Origin: an uncultured Pirellulales bacterium
GTDB lineage: Bacteria; Planctomycetota; Phycisphaerae; Sedimentisphaerales; Anaerobacaceae
Direction of reading: 5' to 3'
DNA: 33,581 nucleotides
Assembly (NCBI GenBank): GCA_964634165.1
Contig: CAZWKM010000002.1
Coordinates: 1-33,581 of the forward strand
The notes beneath the pieces are model-generated. The model was not told the origin of the DNA and ran no database searches. It saw only the letters and a list, made by a program, of their open reading frames with translations. Shown here in pieces: positions 27,699-33,581 of this stretch. Within the stretch, counting starts at the first letter, position 1; every line of letters starts with the position of its first letter. Position numbers and translations under genes: made by a program.

Positions 27699-28281
27699 TG
27701 AACTTTGTTAGATTCTCCACCTGTGATTTGCTTGGTATGATTCGAGGATAAACCTTCGTGAAAAAATCCACCTTGTTGTCATTGCTGTTCTGGATAAACT
27801 TCAAATGGGCATACGCGCCCGCACTCGGCGCATCCGCCGGCTTCACATCCCGTATCGCTATGTTGTTGTATATCCACGTCAAGTCCCGTATCGGGTCAAT
27901 CTCGACATCTTCCCCAAACTCCGACCGGTCCCGCAAAAAAGCATCTTCAGCCTTCGCCGCCCGCTCCTTTTCCTCCTTCACCCCCGGCGGCTCCGGTAAC
28001 GATATGGGCTCACCCTTCGACTTCCGTAGCAAATATGTGTCTATCCGCTTCTCCGCTATCCGTGTAGCAAGCCTATGGTCAATATAGCCCGTGTCATCCG
28101 TACACTCCACCCTGTAATATGACCGCAATCGCGTAAACGCCGTCCACACCTCCTGCTCACGATACGTCCGCTTCTTTATGTCGTATCCGTAATCCCGCGC
28201 AGCGATAAACTTCCCTACTCCACGGTCTGTTAAATCCTGTTCCGTCAAATCTGCCATACTAAAAGTAATCGGCCAATTCAA
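27613..28281 (-). CDS. Terminase small subunit candidate, 222 aa
   Basis: Track ORF. TTG 28281 has GAGGAG 5 nt upstream. It is the first gene of the late operon and overlaps terL by 86 nt. The assignment rests on position and size only. Confidence 0.45.
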   Translation of the reverse strand: MNWPITFSMADLTEQDLTDRGVGKFIAARDYGYDIKKRTYREQEVWTAFTRLRSYYRVECTDDTGYIDHRLATRIAEKRIDTYLLRKSKGEPISLPEPPGVKEEKERAAKAEDAFLRDRSEFGEDVEIDPIRDLTWIYNNIAIRDVKPADAPSAGAYAHLKFIQNSNDNKVDFFTKVYPRIIPSKSQVENLTKFNDDGRANLDLLDRILDQSEEAAEPVSVL

Positions 28282-28335
28282 AAATCTCCTCTATCGTCCG
28301 CAACACTGCCAGTATCAAGCAAAGCAAACCAATCC

Positions 28336-28375
28336 GTCACTTCTCGTCACTTCTCGTCACTTTCCGTGACTTACC
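28336..28375. repeat. Four tandem 10-bp repeats (GTCACTTCTC x2, GTCACTTTCC, GTGACTTACC) in the divergent control region
   Basis: Read directly from the sequence. The period equals one helical turn. The array lies 55 bp from the terS-candidate start (28281) and 21 bp from the HTH gene start (28396). Confidence 0.9.
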
Positions 28376-28395
28376 GGTTCATCGTCTCTGCTTAA

Positions 28396-28602
28396 TTGGT
28401 CGAAAAGACCGATATGGAAAGACATCTGATAGACATCAGGACATTGTCATATCGGTCGCGGCTACCAGTCGCTTGGCTTAATCGAGAAGCAACCGCCAAA
28501 AGAATACCGTCTTTGAAAGTTGGGGATGGGTTCTTCTTCGATTATGACGCTGTCGAAAAAGCCCTTCTCGAGCGTGCCCAGAAAAATCTCACCAATGAAT
28601 AA
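28396..28602 (+). CDS. Excisionase/AlpA-family helix-turn-helix DNA-binding protein, 62-68 aa
   Basis: Track ORF with a TTG start at 28396; the alternative ATG is at 28414. The segment …RLPVAWLNREATAKRIPSLKVGDGFFFDYDAVEKALLE fits the HTH_17 pattern (…IP..K.G.…F….L..WL). Confidence 0.6.
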   Translation: MVEKTDMERHLIDIRTLSYRSRLPVAWLNREATAKRIPSLKVGDGFFFDYDAVEKALLERAQKNLTNE

Positions 28603-28774
28603 TCTTACGGAGGCGGTTCCGCTTCAGACGGGGAAAGTGATGAGCTGCACCCCGCAACCAGTTGACAGGTACAACTTGCCTATCTTAACCGTGCGAGACC
28701 ATTTGAAATCCGGTGTCGCCGGGGGAGAGGTGAGTAAGGTACTTGCGGGCGCGAAGGGGGCGGGGGCATGGTAA
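28595..28774 (+). CDS. Possible small protein, 59 aa
   Basis: ATG 28595 overlaps the end of the HTH gene by 8 nt and is in the frame of track ORF 28520..28774. A terminator-like hairpin follows. The composition is unremarkable and I recognise no motif. Confidence 0.3.
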   Translation: MNNLTEAVPLQTGKVMSCTPQPVDRYNLPILTVRDHLKSGVAGGEVSKVLAGAKGAGAW

Positions 28775-28783
28775 AGATTCTGA

Positions 28784-28811
28784 GGAAGTAGGAGTCCCAC
28801 TTTCTTTTTTT
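28784..28811 (+). terminator. Intrinsic terminator candidate
   Basis: The left arm GGAAGU(A)GG and right arm CCACUUUC form 8 bp with one bulge and one G-U pair around an AGUC loop. The stem is followed immediately by seven U (28805-28811). Confidence 0.5.
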
Positions 28812-28870
28812 ATGCTCACCCGCCTACCTCGGACGATGACTGGTTGCACCTGCTCACGCACCCTGCCTTG

Positions 28871-29467
28871 ACGCTAACGCTATTATAACGCTGTTAAACC
28901 CCTATTCCGGGCCTATTCTGGCTGGGATGGTGCGACACACACCAACCCAAACGCCCTTGCCCCGCCTGCCCGCCGAGCCGAGCACCAGCACCACAAGCCG
29001 CCGTTAAAATGTAACGTCCACCCCGCCGACATCCTGCCGCCGCCCACCCATCACGAGTCAGCCCTTCCCCCAGAAGTTTTGCATTGCGGTCGCGGTGTCT
29101 CGCGGTCGCCGCTCTGTCGCAGCGGCTGGCAAGTGAGCCGATGAGCAAGCCAGTGAGCCAGTGAACTTTGAGCACAGCCCGGCACAAGGCCGCAAGGGCG
29201 GCACACGCCGCACGGGCGGCACAAGGTCGAAGGGTCTGTCCTATACTCTATACAGAGCACTACTGCGGTAATTAGGCCATAACGCCGGTTTCTCCGGTTC
29301 TTTTGCCTTTCATCCACGACAGTGGGCGTGGTTGCGGGCGTGCGGCGCGGGTGCGGCGCGGTTGCCGTCCAGTGGGCGTGGTACGGCGGGCAGGGCCGCG
29401 AGACGCTACGCTGTACCGTACTAACAGCAACAAGGCGGTGAATAGACCAAGAATAGGCAGAAATAGC
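28871..29467. repeat. ORF-free GC-rich island densely packed with short direct, tandem and inverted repeats
   Basis: Repeats read directly from the sequence:
- AACGCT x3 (28871-28892).
- CCTATTC x2 (28901-07, 28912-18), mirrored by GAATAGA / GAATAGG / AAATAGC (29440-46, 29451-57, 29461-67).
- An 11-nt perfect inverted pair: CCTGCCCGCCG (28965-75) and CGGCGGGCAGG (29384-94).
- CCAGTGA x2 (29150-64).
- CGCA(A/C)GGGCGGCACA x2 (29191-205, 29209-23).
- CCGGTT(T)CT tandem (29285-301).
- CAGTGGGCGTGGT x2 (29320-32, 29370-82).
- GTGCGGCGCGG tandem (29340-61). Confidence 0.85.
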
Positions 29468-29528
29468 GGTTTATTAGCGTACAAACCCTGTTTCCCTGCT
29501 CTTTTCAGCACCGATTACAGCCGTTTGT

Positions 29529-29588
29529 AAAAAAAAATTAAAAATTTTGTATTTTTCTCTTGACACGTTTGCCGATGAGACGTATATT
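29529..29588 (+). promoter_or_regulatory. Near-consensus sigma70 promoter with A/T-rich UP-like element
   Basis: TTGACA (29560-65), a 17-nt spacer and TATATT (29583-88). Upstream lies AAAAAAAATTAAAAATTTTGTATTTTT (29529-56). Confidence 0.7.
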
Positions 29589-29642
29589 GGGATTATGGAT
29601 ACCGATGAACCCGGACATAGAAAGTAGTGAAAGGAGCTAAAA

Positions 29643-29693
29643 ATGGAAATCATTGAACTAACAGCCGAATGGTCTGAAAGGGTAAAAAAATGA
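29643..29693 (+). CDS. 16-codon leader ORF (MEIIELTAEWSERVKK) translationally coupled to the next gene
   Basis: AGGAG lies 6 nt upstream of the ATG. Its TGA (29691-93) overlaps ATG 29690 of the 210-aa gene as ATGA. The first 10 codons are paralogous to the start of the gene at 30417 (MEMIIEVTAEW). Confidence 0.45.
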   Translation: MEIIELTAEWSERVKK

Positions 29694-30322
29694 AAAACTA
29701 TGAACTGACAAAAACGCAAACCGATTTACTGAGGCGAATCGAAGAAATAGATTACAAGGCTGCTTGGTGGGGGCCAAATTCGCATGCAACCAGAATTTAT
29801 TTGAGGTTTCGCAAAGACGTGAAGTGCTGGCTCGAATTTGATGACCCTGAAAACTGTGAAGGGGTTACGCTGAAGGTGTACATTGACGATTGTGGCCAGC
29901 ACCCCAATTGGTATAAAGGTCAGCGGGCAAAAGTCAAGGGGTGGGCGGCGGATGCTCTTCAAGAAGCTGTTGGTCAGAGGTCAGTTGAGCAACTACCTAC
30001 CGCCGTCATCGAATCCCAAGCCGAATTGTTACAACCCGACAGCCATGTGCAATTTCTCACCGGTGGCCAACCGGGCGAGGATAATGATGAGCGAGCCATA
30101 ACAGGCACGATTGTCAGTGTTCGTCGCCAACCGGCGCCAACTGGCACAATCGGCGATGCCGAAGAAGTAATTGTCACCTTGCATCCAGATGATAACTCGA
30201 GCGATTATAACCTCTACACCTGGCGAGGAGTCCTTCGGTATGGCAGTGGGGCACAAATCGTGCGGTGGGCAAAAGTTGTGGTGAATTCTCCCAATTCGCG
30301 AAAGGCCGCGAGAGAAATTTAA
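29690..30322 (+). CDS. Early orphan protein, 210 aa
   Basis: Track ORF. It is the first long gene behind the strong promoter and is followed by a GC-rich hairpin. I recognise no motif. Confidence 0.65.
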   Translation: MKNYELTKTQTDLLRRIEEIDYKAAWWGPNSHATRIYLRFRKDVKCWLEFDDPENCEGVTLKVYIDDCGQHPNWYKGQRAKVKGWAADALQEAVGQRSVEQLPTAVIESQAELLQPDSHVQFLTGGQPGEDNDERAITGTIVSVRRQPAPTGTIGDAEEVIVTLHPDDNSSDYNLYTWRGVLRYGSGAQIVRWAKVVVNSPNSRKAAREI

Positions 30323-30334
30323 GAAGTATTTTTT

Positions 30335-30378
30335 ACCCTTCGGTCCGGTGCCGCACGGCCCGGGCCGAAGGGTTCTTT
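30335..30378 (+). terminator. GC-rich hairpin, intrinsic terminator/attenuator candidate
   Basis: ACCCTTCGGTCCGG pairs with CCGGGCCGAAGGGT over 14 bp (one G-U), plus an inner 3-bp stem with a GCAC loop. The following tract TCTTT is only a weak U-tract. Confidence 0.5.
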
Positions 30379-30416
30379 GGGTAAAATCTAACCGTTGAAA
30401 CTTTTTTTGAAAGGAC

Positions 30417-30845
30417 ATGGAAATGATTATTGAAGTGACAGCAGAATGGGGCGCAGAGATTACAATCTGCACGAACAGTGAGACATATGACACCAGTGAC
30501 CCGCGAGTTAAGGGCGAGGTTGTTGACGACGATGTTATGCGGCCCGCGGTGGCAAAGGCACAGGATGTTATCTTTGACGCCCTCGGCAGCTTCGCCGAGG
30601 AGAACAGCTTCTTTCGCGACTGGCACGGTGGCAAGCTGTCTTGTTCCGAGAGGATTAAAGTCGAATGGTACCGCCGCCCAATCGCCCAGGACGCCGAGGA
30701 AATTGAAGAATTCGGCGACGTGGCATACGGGAAATGGGAGTGGATGAAGCCAGAAGAAGTGCCGCAGATTTTGCGGCGAGGGATGGACTCGATAATCGAG
30801 GGAGCCGCAGAAGTGCGAGACAGTTTACTGTACCGAGAAAATTGA
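30417..30845 (+). CDS. Early orphan protein, 140-142 aa
   Basis: Track ORF. The GAAAGGA Shine-Dalgarno sequence is better spaced for the second ATG at 30423. The protein is acidic and I recognise no motif. Confidence 0.65.
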   Translation: MEMIIEVTAEWGAEITICTNSETYDTSDPRVKGEVVDDDVMRPAVAKAQDVIFDALGSFAEENSFFRDWHGGKLSCSERIKVEWYRRPIAQDAEEIEEFGDVAYGKWEWMKPEEVPQILRRGMDSIIEGAAEVRDSLLYREN

Positions 30846-30910
30846 CGATTTGCACCCTGGCCTTGTACGCGGGTCCGGGCTATGAACCGTTTAACTGAAA
30901 GGAGCTAACA

Positions 30911-31354
30911 ATGTACTCAGCACGTTATCGCAAGGGCTTCCGGGACGGATACAATAATCCCTCCCAGTACGCTCACCTTAACCTCAACGCACCCGTCAAG
31001 GATGACAAGTTAGCTGGGATTATTGCGGGCTGTCTGCAATACCACAAAGACGAGGAGGATGGGACGGCCACACGTTTTATCACGTCAAAGGCCGCCCTCG
31101 ACGCAAAGCTAAAGAAGAAATCCAAAATGACTGTTCGAGACGTCTATCTCAAGTGGAACGCTATTGTGCTGTTCCCGTGGACGCCAGCAAAGCTTAGACA
31201 AGCGGGCTACGAACCACAGACGGCGCTACAGGGGATTACGAAAGACTTGAAACACGCGAGCGATGCGTCAAGAAGACAAGCGACTATCGACCAAATTATA
31301 GCGAAGGTTGAAGAAGGTATAAAGCTGGGCGGGGCAGAAAACGAAAGGAGCTGA
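30911..31354 (+). CDS. Early orphan protein, 147 aa
   Basis: Track ORF. It is preceded by TGAAAGGAGCTAA, a 13-mer identical to the one before the leader ORF (29628-40 and 30896-908). Confidence 0.65.
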   Translation: MYSARYRKGFRDGYNNPSQYAHLNLNAPVKDDKLAGIIAGCLQYHKDEEDGTATRFITSKAALDAKLKKKSKMTVRDVYLKWNAIVLFPWTPAKLRQAGYEPQTALQGITKDLKHASDASRRQATIDQIIAKVEEGIKLGGAENERS

Positions 31355-31496
31355 TAAAGACCGTAGTAATGTACCCCCTTGCTCCGAGAACGCCGTTCCT
31401 GAGACGGCTGAAAACGCTGTTTTGAGCGCTTCCTCCGGCAAAACGGCTGAAAAACGAAAATAATAGTGGAATGAAATATCTGGAAAGGATAAAAAA

Positions 31497-31715
31497 ATGA
31501 AAGACCAAAATTGTGGAAATTGCAAATCGTGGATTCGAGGCCAATGCCATAAACATTGTCCCCTTGTACTACCTGATATGCAAAACAGCCAAAATGCTTA
31601 CGACCCGCAACCAATAGTAGTAACCGATGGGTTTCGCACTATGTGGCCGGAAACCAACAAGGATGAGTGGTGTGGCGAGTTTGAGGCAAAAGAATGCGAA
31701 ACAAAAAGCCAATGA
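31497..31715 (+). CDS. Small Cys-rich (putative zinc-binding) protein, 72 aa
   Basis: Track ORF. The N-terminus is MKDQNCGNCKSWIRGQCHKHC…, and a further …WCGEFEAKEC occurs near the C-terminus. An AGGA Shine-Dalgarno sequence lies 7 nt upstream. Confidence 0.6.
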   Translation: MKDQNCGNCKSWIRGQCHKHCPLVLPDMQNSQNAYDPQPIVVTDGFRTMWPETNKDEWCGEFEAKECETKSQ

Positions 31716-31793
31716 GCAACGCAGAAAAAGAACGGGCAACCGACCTCTTACTCAAATTCATTTTTGGTGAGCTTGTAGAAAGTGAGGAGCACA

Positions 31794-32435
31794 ATGCAGC
31801 TTTACGAACAATATCGACCAAAAACGTGGGACGAAGTGATAGCACAGGACAAGGCAAAGGCGCAGATTGAGCATCTGCGTCAACGCGGATTAGCAGGCCG
31901 GGCCTACTGGATAGCAGGTGCGTCCGGGACGGGCAAGACAACCATCGCCAAACTGTTGGCTGGTGAGATAGCAGACCCGGACTTCGTAGATGAGCTTGAC
32001 GCAACGAACCTGACGCCCAACCGACTACGACACATCGAGCAGGAGATGATAACGTATGGCTGGGGTAAGAAGGGTAGGGCCTACATCATAAACGAGGCGC
32101 ACGGGCTGAGCAAGGCCGCCATACGGCAACTGCTGGTGTTGTTAGAAAGGATACCATCGCACGTTATGGTTATCTTCACCACGACCAGCGAAGGGCAGGA
32201 GAGCTTGTTCGAGGACAACATCGATTCGCACCCATTGTTGAGCCGGTGTCAGGAAATACAGCTATCCCGGCGAGACCTTGCCAAGCCGTTCGCCGAGCGA
32301 GCCAAGCAAATAGCACAAGCCGAGAACCTTGACGGCAGGCCGGAAGCCGAGTATCTCAAACTGGTACGCAGACACAAAAACAATCTACGGGCCGTCTTGC
32401 AAGTGATAGAAGCGGGAGGTATGAACAATGAATAA
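31794..32435 (+). CDS. Clamp-loader-clade AAA+ ATPase (DnaX/RFC-like), short form, ~213 aa
   Basis: Track ORF 31782..32435. ATG 31794 has GAGGAG 4 nt upstream. Motifs: YEQYRPKTWDEVIAQ (the RFC/DnaX box), Walker A GASGTGKTT, Walker B YIINEAHGLS (Asn instead of Asp; codon aac read directly), and SRC-like LLSRCQ. Confidence 0.8.
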   Translation: MQLYEQYRPKTWDEVIAQDKAKAQIEHLRQRGLAGRAYWIAGASGTGKTTIAKLLAGEIADPDFVDELDATNLTPNRLRHIEQEMITYGWGKKGRAYIINEAHGLSKAAIRQLLVLLERIPSHVMVIFTTTSEGQESLFEDNIDSHPLLSRCQEIQLSRRDLAKPFAERAKQIAQAENLDGRPEAEYLKLVRRHKNNLRAVLQVIEAGGMNNE

Positions 32436-33168
32436 AACAACGAATAAAAGCGCAATACTTTACGCAAGGTTCAGCCCCCGGCCCAACGCCCCGGACTGCG
32501 ATAGTGTCGAGCGTCAAATCTGGGATATGCGGCGGTGGGCCAAGCGGAACAAGTACACGATTGTCGCCGAGTATAGCGACAAGGCCCTGTCCGGGTCAGA
32601 CGCCGACCGGCCCGGCCTGTGGGACGCCATATACTCTCTCAAGCGGGGCTATGTGCTTATGGTCAGGACGTGGGACAGACTTGCGAGAGACAGTTACTTA
32701 GGTGAGGTAATCCAGCAGCAGTGCAAGAAGAAGGGTTGCCGGGTCCTCGCTATCCAGCAGACCGAATCGAGCAAGGATGGGCCTGAATCGAAGCTCATCA
32801 GGACAATCCTTCTGGCGTTGGCCGAGTACCAGCGACAAATCATCCGGGCACGCACACGAGCCGCAATGCGTCGCCATCAATCCGAAGGCAGGCGGATGAG
32901 CCATCGACTGCCTTACGGTTGGAGGCCGGACCCGAAAGATGATGCGCGGATGCTGCCGAATCCATACGAACAAGAGGTAATCAAGCGGGTGATGTTGCTG
33001 CATAAGCACGATTTCGGCCATCGGGCAATCGCCCGGCAATTAGCCATCGAGGGTTACGAACCCCGGAAGATTGAGAAGAGATGGAAGAACGGCAGGATTG
33101 GCTACAAGGCCGGAAAGTGGACTCACAAGTTAGTGGGAGCAATTCTAAGACGTGCCGAAAGCACATAA
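32428..33168 (+). CDS. Serine recombinase (resolvase catalytic domain plus partial 'recombinase' domain), 246 aa
   Basis: Track ORF. Motifs: AILYARFSPRP…VERQ (catalytic Ser motif), VRTWDRLARD, and a C-terminal PYGWRP…EQEVIKRVMLLH…GHRAIARQLAIEGY…KWTHKLVGAILRR. There is no zinc-ribbon or coiled-coil region. It overlaps the AAA+ gene by 8 nt. Confidence 0.85.
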   Translation: MNKTTNKSAILYARFSPRPNAPDCDSVERQIWDMRRWAKRNKYTIVAEYSDKALSGSDADRPGLWDAIYSLKRGYVLMVRTWDRLARDSYLGEVIQQQCKKKGCRVLAIQQTESSKDGPESKLIRTILLALAEYQRQIIRARTRAAMRRHQSEGRRMSHRLPYGWRPDPKDDARMLPNPYEQEVIKRVMLLHKHDFGHRAIARQLAIEGYEPRKIEKRWKNGRIGYKAGKWTHKLVGAILRRAEST

Positions 33169-33483
33169 TCAAAGACCAAATTCTGCCAAGAAGCGAGCCA
33201 TTCTTTCGGAGTCCACGCCGGCGATTTTCTTTTTGAGGTCTCGCGCTCGACCATAATCTTTGGCCTCCATTAACGTCTTCAGTATCCCCTTCGCGGCCCT
33301 TACCGTAAGATGTACCCGCCCAGCCCCATCCAAAGCATCCAGCCGGCAGATTTCATCGAACAGGGCGCGGTTGGTCTCTGCCAGCAGCACCAATGTTTCC
33401 TGTCGCCTTTTGAGACCGGCTTCAAAGCCGCGTTCATAAATCTGTTGCTTGTCTTTACTGCTTGGCATTGTTGGCACGCTCAA
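33169..33483 (-). CDS. Hypothetical protein, ~100-104 aa
   Basis: Track ORF. TTG 33483 directly follows the TGA of an upstream partial ORF; ATG 33468 is an alternative start. Its stop abuts the recombinase stop with no spacer. Confidence 0.5.
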   Translation of the reverse strand: MSVPTMPSSKDKQQIYERGFEAGLKRRQETLVLLAETNRALFDEICRLDALDGAGRVHLTVRAAKGILKTLMEAKDYGRARDLKKKIAGVDSERMARFLAEFGL

Positions 33484-33581
33484 TCATATCTCCACGACAT
33501 TGCCGCTCGGCTTCTTGTTTGCATTGCATAATTCTCTAAACGCCTTTTCCGCCTGCTGCTGCACAACACCGTTGCCTAAGA
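33484..33581 (-). CDS. 3' end of an ORF entering from beyond the right window edge
   Basis: Hand translation gives …LGNGVVQQQAEKAFRELCNANKKPSGNVVEI, ending in TGA at 33486-33484. It is too short to classify. Confidence 0.3.
   Translation of the reverse strand, partial: LGNGVVQQQAEKAFRELCNANKKPSGNVVEI

Noticed and set aside
28290-28318. TTGATA-17-GATAGA on the minus strand as the late-operon promoter.
   Set aside because: The -10 hexamer is weak (3 of 6) and overlaps the GAGGAG ribosome-binding site of the first late gene. A transcript from here would lack the RBS.
28336-29467. A CRISPR array, as an explanation for the tandem and dispersed repeats.
   Set aside because: The repeat units are 7-15 nt, directly tandem or irregularly spaced. 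There are no 25-40-nt repeats alternating with unique spacers, and there are no cas genes.
28894-29530. Track ORFs in the GC-rich island (28894..29187-, 29051..29317-, 29272..29511-, 29303..29530+).
   Set aside because: The translations are Arg/Gly/Ala/Pro-rich, as expected by chance in high-GC DNA. The ORFs overlap each other in different frames and have no ribosome-binding sites.
31712-31867. A 51-codon ORF (MSNAEKERATDLLLKFIFGELVESEEHN…) that starts by ATGA overlap with the stop of the 72-aa gene and runs about 70 nt into the AAA+ gene.
   Set aside because: It has no Shine-Dalgarno sequence. The second half, overlapping the AAA+ gene, translates to noise. I saw no slippery site that would fuse it to the AAA+ frame. 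It remains only a possibility.
1-33581. tRNA, rRNA or tmRNA genes, and a diversity-generating retroelement near the fiber genes.
   Set aside because: I saw no cloverleaf-compatible sequence. The only GGTTCGA-like strings (about 6766 and 20985) lie inside coding frames without acceptor or anticodon arms. I also found no reverse-transcriptase ORF and no template/variable repeat pair.

Overview
The window looks like a tailed-phage or prophage genome segment. I had no database or tool access. All calls rest on hand translation, motif memory and gene order.

Layout:
- **Late operon (minus strand):** a tightly packed, translationally coupled virion operon starts at 28281 and runs off the left edge. 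In order it encodes a small-terminase candidate, the large terminase, the portal, a scaffold, a capsid protein, capsid accessory proteins, adaptor/tail/receptor-binding proteins and internal-protein-like proteins.
- **Giant ORF:** the operon ends in an ORF of more than 3,112 codons (9337 down to 1, 3' end outside the window). The supplied ORF track does not list it because it has no stop inside the window.
- **Giant ORF content:** by hand translation it carries an N6-adenine-type methyltransferase (EPSAGTGN ... NPPF), a strawberry-notch (Sbno)-type helicase (GDGTGLGKGRE, DETH, STGISLHAD, QSFGRVHRS), an HEAGH zincin motif, and about 780 further residues I cannot assign.
- **Why it matters:** this is a 'polyvalent' protein sitting where podoviruses encode ejected internal virion proteins. 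I consider it the most interesting object in the window, as a possible DarB-like injected anti-restriction or host-takeover cargo.
- **Control region:** four tandem 10-bp repeats at 28336-28375 lie between the late operon and the plus-strand genes.
- **Plus-strand genes (28396-33168):** an excisionase-like HTH gene comes first. It is followed by a roughly 750-bp ORF-free, GC-rich, repeat-dense island. Next come a near-consensus sigma70 promoter with a 16-codon coupled leader ORF and four orphan early genes. The series ends with a short clamp-loader-clade AAA+ ATPase (Walker B NE instead of DE) overlapping a short serine recombinase.
- **Not found:** I saw no rRNA, tRNA or CRISPR array.
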